64,000 nucleotides of DNA from Lama guanicoe (lineage: Eukaryota): positions 961,568 to 1,025,567 of the forward strand of contig MU054098.1 in the NCBI GenBank assembly GCA_013239625.1. The letters are read 5' to 3'. The translations under genes were made by a program, and so were the position numbers. Under the pieces are notes generated by a model that worked only from the letters and a program-made list of their open reading frames with translations, had not been told where the DNA came from and did no database searches. The first letter of the stretch is position 1. The number at the start of each line of letters is the position of its first letter. This document shows, piece by piece, positions 26,001-37,964 of the stretch.

Positions 26001-27606
26001 CTTAGGTAGATTGTCTATCTCCATTTCAGTTAATTCTTCTTCCAGGATTTTTGTCTTGTCCCTTTGTCTGGAACATATTCCTCTGCCACCTCATTTTGTC
26101 TTTGTTGCTGTTTGTATTTTCATGTATGTGGTAGATTAGTTACATTTCTCAGCCTTGGAGAAGTGGCCCTCTGTAGGAGACATCCTATCCATCCTAGCAG
26201 TGCACTCTCCTCTCATTACCCAAGTTATATGCTCTAGGGGTTCCCCCTAAGAGGGCTATGTGGGTCCTTCTCTTGTGGTGGGCTGACTATGTGGGTGGTC
26301 TGGTTGTCTGCCAAGGCTGACCTGTGCAGATGTTGTGGGCTGCTTTTTAGCAGGGCCTGATCACACATTGGCTGGTTGCAGAACCCTAGGGGGCTCCACT
26401 GCTAGTGCTGGCTCACTGATGAGCAGAATCAGGGTTCTGAAGACTCCGATGCTGTTTTCCACCCACTGGCCATTGAAGCCAGATCCTGGGGTTAGTGCTG
26501 GACTACCAGGCAGAGGTGGTTTCTGGAGTCTGGCTGCAGGGCCCAGGGGATCCCAGAGCTTGTTTCAGATAGCTGGGGGAGTGGGAATAGATTTCTGAGA
26601 CAGTTGGATATCGGGCTCTGGGGCATGCTAAAGGTTGCATTGGCCTGCTAGTGGGGAGGGCCATCGCCCAGCTTGTCCCAGGGTAGGGTCTGGCCTGTGT
26701 TGTGGGATCATAGCTTTCTTGCTTCTGATGTCTGCTCCCTGGTGGGTGAGGCTGGTCTGGAGACTTGTTCAGTCTTCCTGGTGGGAGGGGTCAGTACCTG
26801 CCCACTGCTGGATGGAGCTGGGTCTTGGCCCTCAAGTGGGCAGGGGCATGTCTAAAGACTCATGTCGGCTCAGGAAGCCTTTAGGCAGCCTGTCTGCTGA
26901 TGGGTGGAGCTGTGTCCCTGGCCAGTTAGTTGTTTGGCCTGAGGTATCCCAGCACTGGAGCCTACAGGCTGTTGAGTGGGGTCAGGTCTTGGAGCTAATG
27001 ATCCAATATGTCAGCTGCCAGTGGTGTTCATGTGATTGAATGTTCCCCAATATGTCTAACATAGGTGTCTATATCCCCTGGGTGAGCCACAGCCCCCCCC
27101 CCCCCCCACCAAGACCAGCAGGTAGGTCTGGTCCAGGTTTCTGTGAAATTACTGCTTTTGCTCTGGGTCCCAGTGCGCATGAGATTTTGTGTGCATCCTT
27201 TAAGAGTGAAGTCTCTATTTCCCTCAGTCTGGTGGGGTTCCTGAAATAAATTCCTGCTGACTTTCAAAGCCAAATGCTGTGGGTGCTCCTCTTTCTGGTG
27301 CTGGACCCCTAGGCTGGGGAACCTGATGTGGGCCTCAGAACTCTCACTCCTGTGAGAGAACATCAGCAATATAATTCTCCACTTTGTGGGTTGCCCACTA
27401 AGGGGGTATGGAATTTGATTATATCATGAGTCTGCCTCTCCTACTTGTCTTGTGATTCCTTGTTATGTCTTTAGCTATAGAGGATATTTTCTGGTCAGTT
27501 CCAGTCTTTTTCATCAATGGTTGTTATGCAGATAGTTGAGATTTTGGTATGCTCATGAGAGGAGGTGAGCCCAGGGTCTGTCTACTCTGCTATCTTGGCC
27601 TCTCTC
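22516..27606 (-). mobile_element. LINE-1 retaining both ends (5'UTR, ORF1, long inter-ORF spacer, internally deleted ORF2, 3'UTR); inactive
   Basis: 5' start GAGAGAGGCCAAGATAGCAGAGTAG on the minus strand. ORF1 remnants (LRDLWDNIRCTNNCIIGIPEEE; KEFRIMIVKMIKEL). Spacer of roughly 0.5 kb. ORF2 N-terminus ICCLQETH. TSD tgtatatactcttt (22502-15) / tgtatacattcttt (27607-20), 2 mismatches. Confidence 0.92.
23008..23062. repeat. Compound (TG)n(TA)n microsatellite inside L1
   Basis: Directly visible dinucleotide runs. Confidence 0.95.
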
Positions 27607-27654
27607 TGTATACATTCTTTGGAGAAATGGCTATTCAAATCATTTGCCCATTGA

Positions 27655-28469
27655 AAGTTTTTCTTCCTGTTTTATTGTGATATAATTGACATACACACTA
27701 CGTAAGTTTAAGGTGTACAATATAATGCTTTGACTTACATACATCATGAAATGATTACCACAGTGCATTTAGTGATCATCCATCATCTCACATAGATACA
27801 TTAAAGAAATAGAAAAAAAATTTTCCTTGTGGTAAGAACTCTTAGGATTTATTCTCCTAACAACTTTCATATACGATGTATAGCAGTGTTAATTATCTTC
27901 ATCATGTTGTACATTATTTCTGTACTTATTTGTCTCTTAACTGGAAGTTTGTGCCTTTTGACTGCTTTCATCCAATTCCCCCTCTTTCTACTCCCTGCCT
28001 CTGGTAACCACAAATATGATTTCTTTATTCTATGAGTTTATTTGTTTGTTTACTTAGTTCTTGAAGTATAATTGATAAACAGCACTATTTAGTTAATAGT
28101 CCACAACACAGTAATTCAGTATTTCTATACATTTCAAGATGATCACTATGATAATAAGTCTAATTGTCATCTCTCATCATACAAAGATATTACAGTTTAT
28201 TGACTGTATTCCCTACAGTGTACATTTCATACGTGTGACTGATTCATTTTGTGACTAAAAGTTTGAACTTCTTGATCTCTCTCCCCTTTTTCTCTCCTCC
28301 ATCACTCCCATCCCCTCTGTCAAACAACTGTTTTCTGTATTGGTGACTATTTCTAGAGAAAGATAAATACTGTATGATTTCACTTATACGTGGAATCTAA
28401 AAAACAAAACAAATGAACGAACATAACTAAACAGAAACACTATCATAGATACAGAGAACAAATAGTTGG
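27655..28469 (-). mobile_element. Older LINE-1 3' end with short 5' inversion (28353-28469 on + strand)
   Basis: Antisense 3'UTR 27655-28350, then the sense ORF2 end 'gagaaagataaatactgtatgatttcacttatacgtggaatctaa'; ttgccca is repeated at 27644-50 and 28470-76. Confidence 0.8.
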
Positions 28470-31400
28470 TTGCCCAATTTTTCATTGGGTTGTTTGACTT
28501 TTTATTGTTGGGTTTTAAGAGTTCTTTATATATCTTGGATACTCTTATCTGATACATGATTTGCAACTATTTTCTCTCCCTGTTTTTGGGACTGTCTTGA
28601 TAATTGTTGTTTGAAGCACAAAAGTTTCTTATTTTGATGAAGTCTTACTTACCTATTTTTTCTTATTCCTTGGGCTTTTGGCATCAACCTAGGAAACCAC
28701 TTGCTAAGTCCAAGTCATGAAAGTTTACCCCTATGATTACTTCTAAGAGTTTTATAGTTTTGGCTCTTACACATAGGTCTTTGATTTACTTTTTGTGTAC
28801 TGTGTGAGGTAGGGTTCCACCTTCATTCAATTGTATGTGGATATCCAATTGTTCCAGCAACATTTGTTGAAAAGACTATTCTTTTCCCCATTGAATTACC
28901 TTAGCACCCTTGTCAAAACCAACTGCCATAGATGTGCGCTTCATTTCTGGACTCTCATTTTATTCTATTGAACTGTAAGTCCATTCTTATGTCAGTACTC
29001 CACAGTCTTGATTAGTGTAACTTTGTAGTAAGTTGTGAAGTTGAGGAGTGTGACTTCTCCCTTTGTTTTTTTTTTTTTCCCAAGAGTGTTTGGGCTATTG
29101 AGGACGTTTTGCATTTCCATATGAATTTTAGGAGCAGCTCATCAATTTCTCCTAAAAAGCTGTCTGGGATTTTTATAATGATTGCAATGAGCCTGTACAT
29201 CAATTTGGGGTATAATTTGTCCTTAACAATATTAAGTCTTCCAACCCCTGAACATGAAATGTCTTCCCATTTATTTAGGCTTTAAAATTTTTCTTTTCAA
29301 TGGTGTTTTTTAGATTTTAGTATTTAAGTCCTCCATTTATTTTGTTAAATTTATTTCTAAGTATATATTATTCATTTTGATGCCATTGTAAATGTAATTG
29401 TTTCTTAATTTTCTTGCATTGTATATTGCTGGTGTGTAGAAGTACAATTGAGTTTTATATATTAATAGTGTATCCTCCAAACTTGCTGAAATTTTTTATT
29501 ACCTCGAGTAGTTTTCTTGTAGATTCCTGAAATATTCTATATGTAAGATATTGTTATCTATGATTATAATTTTACTTCTTTCCAATTTAGATGTTATTTC
29601 ACTTTCTTGCCTAATTGCCTTTTCTGGAGCATCCTGTACAGTACTGAATAGCAGACGTAAGAGTGGACATTCTTATTCCTAAATTTTAGGGAGAAAGCAT
29701 TTAGTTTTTCACTATTAACTATGGCATTAGCTGTGCATTGTTCATAGATCCCCTTTGTTGGGTTAAGAATATTCCTATTTGTAAACCTTTTTTTTCATAA
29801 AAGTAGATTTTGTCAAATGCTTTTCCTGAGTTTATTGAAATAATCATATGTATTATGATATAGTACAGTGATTGATTTTTGCATGTTGAAGTAATTTTGC
29901 ATTCCTGGGATAAATATCAACTGGTCATATTGTATAATCATTTTTATATAATGCTGGATTTAGAAGAATTTTGGTGAGGACTTTTGTGTCTATATTCATG
30001 ATTTATATTGGTCTGTAGTTTTACTTTCTTGTGATGTCTTTGTCAGGTCTTGTTATCGGGTAACTGGTCTCAGAATGAATTGGGATGTGTTCTATTATCT
30101 TCTATTTTTTGGAAGACTGAGAAGGATTGGTTTAAATTCTTCTTTAAGCTTTTTGTAGAATTCACCAGTGAAGCTATCTAGTCTTGGATTTCTCTGTCAA
30201 TTTTTGGTTGCTAATTCAATCTCTTTACTCGTTATAAGTCGATTTAGATTTTTATTTCTTAGTAAATTAGTTTCAGAAGTTTGTGTCCTTCTATGAATAT
30301 ATCCATTTCATCTCGGTTATCTAATTTTTTGACATAGAGTGATTCATAGTATTCTGTAATAATCCCTTTCATTTTCATAAGGTTGGTAGTATTTTACCAT
30401 CTTTCATTCTTGATGTTAATAATTTGAGTCTTCTCTATTTTTTTTTCTTGGTCATTCTAGCTAAGAGTTGTCTATTTTGTTGATCTTTGCAAAGAAACAA
30501 CTTTAGTTTCACTGATTTTCTGTTTATTATTCCCTACTTCATTTATTTATGCCCTAATCTGTACCATTTGTTCCCTTTTACTTGCTTTTGATTTTTTTTT
30601 TCTTTTCTCAGTTTATTAAGGTGCAAACTTTGGTGACTAATTTGAGATTTTTCTCCTTATTTAACATGAGCATTTACAGGTATAAATTTCTCTCCAAGTA
30701 CTACTTTAACTTAGTCGCATATAAGTTGTAGGATGTTGTGTTTTTGTTTTTATTCATCTCAAAGTATTTCTCATTTTCCTTGTTATTTCTTATTTGACTC
30801 ATTGCTTATTTAAGTGTTCATTAATTTCCACATATTTATGAACTTCTCAAATTTCCTTCTGGAATTAATTTATAACTTTATTGCATTACTTAGACAAAAT
30901 GCTTTGTATGATTTCAGTTCTTTTCATTATTTTGAGGCTTGTTTTATGGCCTAGCATACAGTCTATCCTGGAGAATGTTCCATGTGCACTTGAGAAGAAT
31001 ATTTCTCCACTGTATTTGGATAGAGTGTTTCATAGATATTCTTTAGATCTAGTTGGTATATAGGGTTGTTAAAATCTTCTGTTTCCTAGCTGACCATCAG
31101 TCTAGTTGTTCTATCCATTAAAAAAAATGGGATAATGAAGATTTATAGTTCTTCTGTCCATTACTGAAAGTGGGACTTGAAGACTCCAACTATAGTTTTT
31201 GAATGGTCTATTTTCCCCTTTAATTCTGTCCATTTTTGCTTCATGTATCTTGGGGCTCTGATGTTAAGTGTTACATCTTCTTGATTTATTGACACTTTTA
31301 TTATTACAAAATGTGTTTGTTTTTCTTTAATAACAATTTTTATCTTAAAGTCCATTTTGGTTACTGGTTTTATGGCATATGTTTTTCCATCCTTTTACAT

Positions 31401-32731
31401 TCAACCTATTGGTGTCTTTAAATCCAAACTGAGTCATATATAGACAGCATATAGTTAGATATGCAGACTGGATAAAAATAAATGATCTCTTCCTTCTAAT
31501 CAGAGTTTTAGTCCACTTAAATTTAACATTATTAATGATAAGGTGGGATTTACCTCTGTGGCTTTGCTGTTTTCTATTTATCTATCTTATATGGTTGCTT
31601 CATATATAATTTTATATATGATTATATTTTATAGATAAAAGATGACTATATATATATATATACACATATTAATATAATATATAGTATATATTTTAAATAT
31701 TGTGGCAACCCTGCAAATCAGATTCTCCCTCTTCCCCAGGGTTTGTTGTCATTGCTGTTGGTTGTTGTAGTTTAATGACCTTTCTGAATCAAATCTATAA
31801 ATTCTGTATCCTTTTCATGTGTGGACACTGAATCTCTTTTCAGTTAGTTTAGTAGTTGGCTAATGTTCAGCAGAAATTTCCTTAATGTCTGAAGTGAATA
31901 ATCCTTTCAGTTTTTGCTGATGGGCTCTGTGTGCATACTGGGACATGCCTTGAATGCTCAGGCAGGAAGTTCACTAGTTTTCTTTATCATTCACTAATGG
32001 CTTTGTAGAGCTATTTTTAATTATTGTTTGCCAACTTGGTATGTGCCCTTCACTCTGCATATTTTCCTCACAATATCTTTATAAAGTAGGTAGTACTGCC
32101 CTCACTGTATAATGATACAATTAGGTCTCAGCTACATCTTTTGAGTGGCTGATCCATGTAAATCCACATATGACTTCAGAGTTTATCCCCTTGACCAGAA
32201 TCCTGTGTTAATTTGTCTTGAATAAAAAATCAACTAAACCATCCTTCTTTCATTTTGGATCAGGTGAAGCATTTTAATTCCCTTCTCACAGTGAGATGCC
32301 ATCCATCTAAATATTATTTGTATGGATCCCTGAGGGGTGGAAAATTACTTTTGCAAAGTAACAAGACACTCAATTTCCTTCAAGTGCCATAGTATTCAGT
32401 CCCTTATGCTTTCTTATATTCACAATGCTTAGTAGTAACTACTCTCTTCTCAGTGGCTATAGATCCAACTTTCCTTTATTTTATCTTGGAGTATATTTTT
32501 GTTTCCTCTAAATTCACCAATTTCTCGTCTCTTGTATTCTCTTTCCTATAGGGGCATTGACCCCTGTGGATATGTATGAATGTGTGCCTTACAGTCTCTC
32601 TCCTGAAGACTGATCTTATCTGAATCTTGACTCATTAAAATGACTCTGACCCTCCATCCCATAAGGATATCTATGTCACAGCCAAGATTTATAGTCATTT
32701 TTATGATTTGAAGGAAACTATGTAACATTAT

Positions 32732-33110
32732 TGTGTTAATTTAGGTCCTCTGAGAAGCACACTCCAAGACGCAATTACATGTAAAATAAAATGATTGGAT
32801 TCTGTGAAGGACAAATGAGGAGGAAGCAGGAGTAGGCAGAGGGGGAGTGTTGAGCCTGCCACATTTATGAGATTGGAGAGACATAGGATTTGGTAGAAAA
32901 AGTCTCAGAGAGTAAGGCACTTGTAAGATTTTGGACAGATTTATGGGAAGTCAACACACCAAATTGCCCATTAATAGAATTCCATGTCCCACAGGAATGG
33001 GCCTGAAATATAACTGTTGCCATGTCAGTCATTGACCATGAACAGTGCAGGAAAAGTGTGGTCCTGGCAATAACATGGTGATGAATCCAGATAAGCAGCA
33101 GCTGGGGCAA
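32732..33110 (-). mobile_element. ERVL LTR, LTR16-like
   Basis: 'tgtgttaatttaggtcctctgagaagcacactccaagac...gaagcaggagtaggcagagggg...gtcagtcattgacc' resembles a reverse-complement LTR16-family LTR. Confidence 0.55.
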
Positions 33111-33554
33111 TCACTCAATCTATCTAGTGTGTAATGATTGTCAACAATCCTACATACTTAGATTTACATCTCATATGGTCATTTGTCTCTGTAAAATATT
33201 AGAATTTATTAAACAGATTAAAGCAACAAGTAACTGCTAACAATAATCAGGAAAGAAACCTACAATTATTAAAATTTAAGTTGGGTTTATACAATTATAA
33301 AGTAAACTCTAATATAGTAAAAAAAAAAAAAAAAAGTCACTTAACCTCCTCCATGCCTGTAAGGAAATGAAGTTACCGGTGACTTCTAATTTTGTTCTAA
33401 GGTGAAAAAAAAAAAAGTTGGCATTCAAAAAAAAAGTAAATATAAATGTACAGATTCCATTATTTAGGAATTAGAGAAGCAAATACTCAGATTGTGTCCT
33501 GGGGAAAAATGGTTTCACTTTTTAGACTAACCAGACATTTCTTTGAAAGATAGC

Positions 33555-34490
33555 AGAAATAAAATAAAAAGACAACTCCCAGAGTGGGAGAAAATATTTG
33601 CAAATCATAGCTCTGATAAGGGACTTGTATCTATAATATATAAAGAATTCTTACAACTCAGTAATAAAAAAAGAAAACCCAATTAAAAAATGCAAAGAAA
33701 TCTGAATAGACATGTTTCTATAGAGTATTAATAATCAGTAACTTTTCATATACATTTTCATATACATACATAATCAGGAAAATGCAAATCAAAACCACAG
33801 TGAGATATCATTTCACACCCACTATAATAGCTACAATCAAAAACACTTATTATAATAAGTGTCACTGAGATGTGGAGCAGTTGGAACACTTATACATTGC
33901 TGGTAATTGTATAAATAGGTATGATTTCTGTGGAAAATAGTCTGAAATTCAAATAATTAAATATAGAGCTAACCTATGATTCAGCAATTACACACTCCCA
34001 AGAGAAATGAAAACATGTTCACACAAAAATGTATAAAAAATGTTTAAAGCAGCATATAGCCAAAAGGTCAAACAAATCAAATTTCAGTCAACTAATGAAA
34101 AATTAAATAAAATATGGCAAAATCCATTCAATGAAACGTTATCAAGCCTTAACAAGGAATGAAATAATGATGTATGTTATATGTAGATGAACCATGAAAA
34201 CTATATATTAAGTGAAAGACGCCAACCGTAAAAGACCACATATTTAAATATCCAGAATAAACAAGTTCTGTAGAGACAGAAAATAGAAGAGCTATTGCCT
34301 AGGGATGTAGGGATATAGAAATGGGGAGTGATGTCTAAAGGGTATGGGGTTTTTGTGGGGGGTGATAAAAGTACTCTAAAATTGTGTTGATGGTTCTGCA
34401 ACTCTGTGAATATACTGAAAACCATCGAATTGCATATGTAAATGAGTGAATTTAATGCTATGAATTTTATCCTCAGTAAAACATAATAAA
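33555..34490 (+). mobile_element. LINE-1 (L1MB-like) ORF2 end and 3'UTR
   Basis: 'gagtgggagaaaatatttgcaaatcat', 'atgcaaatcaaaaccacagtgagatatca', 'ggtatggggtttttgtggggggtgataaaa'. Confidence 0.85.
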
Positions 34491-36541
34491 TGACAGTGAC
34501 ATTAACAAACTGATTTGTGATTACAGATGATCCTAAGTATAATCACTTACAAATATAATACAAAGATGTTAGTAACACACTTATTAATCTGCATAATAGA
34601 ATCTGCTTTGTTTAATAGCTCTGAGGTGAGTCCAAATGATTAATGAGTGTAGTGTGTCCATATGGACATTTCAACTCTGAAATGCAATTACATGTAGAAA
34701 AGCCATTAGCAATTTTAAACAAGTTTCAGTGAGCTCAATGTTCAGTAATTATCTTAGAAAATCAATGTATGTTATCAAATTGAAAAGAATCCTTGGTTCT
34801 ATGCAGAAAGTAGAAATCTTTCAATAAAATGAAACATTAAATGGCATAACAGTAATTAATGGCTCCAATACTAGAGCATCTAAAAGTTCAATGTTTGAGT
34901 GAAAACATTTTATTTCCTGATAATAACATAGATACCAAAACTAAATTTAAAGTATGTTTTTCTCAAAGTCAAGGTTGTATTCCCTATTTTTTCCTTTTAA
35001 TATTCTATTTTTTGTATTCAGGAGTGGAAAAGCTTTCTTTTCCGTAATGTGATATTGCTTTGATTCAGTTTATATTAATGCATGGACCAAAGAGAAATTC
35101 AAATGATTTTAAATCAAAGATTTTATGGTATATGGAGATTAAAATTAAAAACTTCTCGATTCAAGGTAGCTATACAAGAAATGTTCACTTTCACTCCCTT
35201 TTTCTTTCCCTTATCCCTTCTTCTTTGACTGTCTGCTCTATTCCCCTTTGCCAGGCATCCATACTCTCTATGGTCTTCTTTTACTGTTCCTTTATAATTT
35301 TGCCTTTCACACGGCTTTAGTTGGCACATTCGCAGCTTCAGCCTCCCAGTTAGTTAACCACTGTATTTTTATGACTTTACATAAATATCTCACTGGTGAA
35401 CCTGAATAGATACAGTCATATTTTATTTTTGTTTTTTAACCAGATTATATGTCATAAGTTGCTAGCAAGCTTTTGGACTGGCTACATTTTGGTCAGTGCC
35501 CACCATGAATCTATCCAATCTGGTGTAAGTAATAAGAAGGTCAAACAATGTAAAACTATCTAAGCATTAGGTAGCTTCTTTAGAAAGGTATGTAGGTAGG
35601 ACAAATAATATCTCTTGTCTGATTAGTACAATATTAAGTAAATGTTGTATTTCCTGTTTTATTGTAATAATATTTTAAGGATGTTTCTTCATAATCTTGA
35701 AATCAATGTCAAAATCAATCTCAATATATTTCATTATATCAGTGTATTAGTAACACAATCAAAAGGAGAAGCTCATAAAATATATATGGAGGACATGAAG
35801 TATATAAACTCTGCTGGTTAAAAGTTTGGAGATGTAATAGTCCAGGCTTAATATAATTTATTTTAGACCAAGTAAAGGTTATGAATTTTCCTATTTCCTC
35901 AAATCTGATATACCTTATTGGTATGTACTACTGTACTGCAGAAATATACCCTACAAAGTGGTTGAAGATATATGAACAAAAGCCTTTTAATGAAAAATAT
36001 TCTATGATCTGTTGTGTACAGTTAATATATAGACATTTTAGCTCTTCAAAAACTTTGAAAGATTATTTTGGTTGAATATTTTTTTCTAAATAAGAATGTC
36101 TTCTTATTGTAACAAGCTTCTCTTTATGTATAAAGACTTTTTATTTGGAGTACATCATTGGCTATTGATAAAAAATAAGCTTTCAACCACTAATATGCTA
36201 CATGACTCTAATTTAATGTCACCAATATAATCATATAATTCAAATCAGTGATGTATACATTTGTAAACTTATATGTACTATACCTTAATTTTAACTCATT
36301 TTCATATCTTAGTTACTTTTGAAAACTGAAGTATCAAGGTCCTAAATTACAGCATCATATGAGAGACTTGTAGAATCAGCTGAAACAAAAACACTTAGTA
36401 GAAACATGGGAATAGGATTCAGGATATTATTTCTAGTACAGGATCTAAGAAGTATTATCTGTAAAAAGACAATTCTTCTTTTACAAGTCTTGGTTGTTTT
36501 AGCTGTCAGGTGATGAAATTCAACTAGGTCCTTAGAGGAAT

Positions 36542-36980
36542 TGTAGGGTATGATAGATACTAGTGATACTCACAAGATGTCTGATTCTTCTGCCTTCAGG
36601 GCCCACAAGAGCACTTCTCTACTTTCTTAAAGCTAGTCATTTGCCCTGGCCAGTGAAATGTGGGTAGAAGTGACATGTGTAAGTTTGGGTTGAAGCATTT
36701 AACCTACTTTTGAGTTGAGCACGTGGTCAGTTCTCTGTGTTTTCCCTTCCTCTGATGCAGCTACCAGTAACATTAAAATTTTAAACAGTTTAAATAGGAG
36801 TCTCCATCACCCTGGACCCTTTAGTAGAAATGACATGGAGAAAAACCCTATTTGTGTTTGCGAATACAAAATAGACAAGTAGTGGGAACGAGAAATGCAC
36901 CTTGTTCTTATTAAGCCACTGAGAATTGGTGGCTGTTTGCTCTTCATAGCATAACCCAGCACTGCCATAGCCAAAAACAA
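36542..36980 (+). mobile_element. MaLR LTR (MLT1H/I/J-like)
   Basis: 'ctggccagtgaaatgtgggtagaagtgacatgtgt...gaagcatttaa...ttaagccactgagaattggtggctgtttg...tagcataacc'. Confidence 0.7.
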
Positions 36981-36989
36981 ACAAAAACT

Positions 36990-37960
36990 CCTATGATAAA
37001 CAATATTAGTTTTGAAGCCCAGTAATGTTTAGAAGAAACAACTACTACGTGAGTGAGACTGGAAAGATGAGAATGTGTCCACAAACATTTGCCAAATAGG
37101 TTTTCCGTTATATATTGGAAGGTAGTATATATGCATTTGAAGGTAATTCATATACCTAATTAACTTGAAGCTTTAGAAAAGAAGAGATTGGAAAGTAGAA
37201 TGTAAGTACCAGGAGCTAGTTGCTTTCGGCAATGCTTTACAGAAAAATGAGCTCAGAAAAAAAGAAGAAATTTAGAGATGGGGACATTCCAAGGCTGTGA
37301 AAGCTAACTGCTTCCTGGAAAAGAGAGACTATGAAAGACTAAATCCAGGTAAAACTGATTCTTGAAGCAAAGACTAATTAATGATAAACCTCCACACCTA
37401 TTTTTAAACTCTCCAAATGGATATAGTTGCTTCAAAACAAAAGTTAAGAGTATTATGCACAGTAAATCCTTTACCTTAGAAGTAATGGCTCAGGGAAAAG
37501 AGTCTAAGAGAGTGACTCTCATTCTGAAGCTCCATAGGTTCAAGTAACTGGCCATTAATTTGAGATAAAAATAGATGCATTAAAGCCAATAAATAAAATA
37601 TTTCTGGAAACTATGTTTTGAACAGAAATGTTAAGGTTTTCGGCACATGAAACTGACTCTAATAAAATAAGGAGACAAGTTTTGAGCCAGTTATATTTCC
37701 AATTGAAGCATGCCTCTATGACTATTAAGATTTAAAAGGAAACTTGAATTCCCAGCATGGAGAATAAGTTGGTTGAAAAATCTGTGAAGTCTTTAAGTAG
37801 TGCATATAACATGCTACTCAATTCATATGTGGGAAATTCTGTCATCAGTGACAATACAGAAAAATGGGTTGGAGGCTTTTCCTAGAGAGCAGGATCATCT
37901 CCGTTATGTCTTGCTTTGGACAATGAAATGAGAATAATTCACTTGGGGGTAATCAAGTGG
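36990..37960 (+). mobile_element. Probable MaLR internal sequence following the LTR
   Basis: Directly downstream of the MLT1 LTR, purine-rich, with 'gagactggaaagatgagaat' and 'ttggaaggtag' motifs; very degraded. Confidence 0.4.
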
Positions 37961-37964
37961 AAAA

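Larger units (their letters stand above)
21715..31580 (-). mobile_element. Old LINE-1 (L1MB-like), 3'UTR to ORF2 endonuclease region; host of two younger L1 insertions
   Basis: 3'UTR at 21715-22500, resumes at 27607-27650 and 28470-31580. Minus ORFs 29012-29203 and 31161-31355 resemble degraded ORF2p (KGKIDHSKTIVGVF is EN-like). Confidence 0.8.

Noticed and set aside
26335..27369. Cluster of ORFs in the only GC-rich stretch, and the C15 run at 27093-27107
   Set aside because: All lie in the L1 5'UTR. The frames are not preserved in the paralogue at 56400-57430, the CpGs have decayed, and the C-run is absent there.
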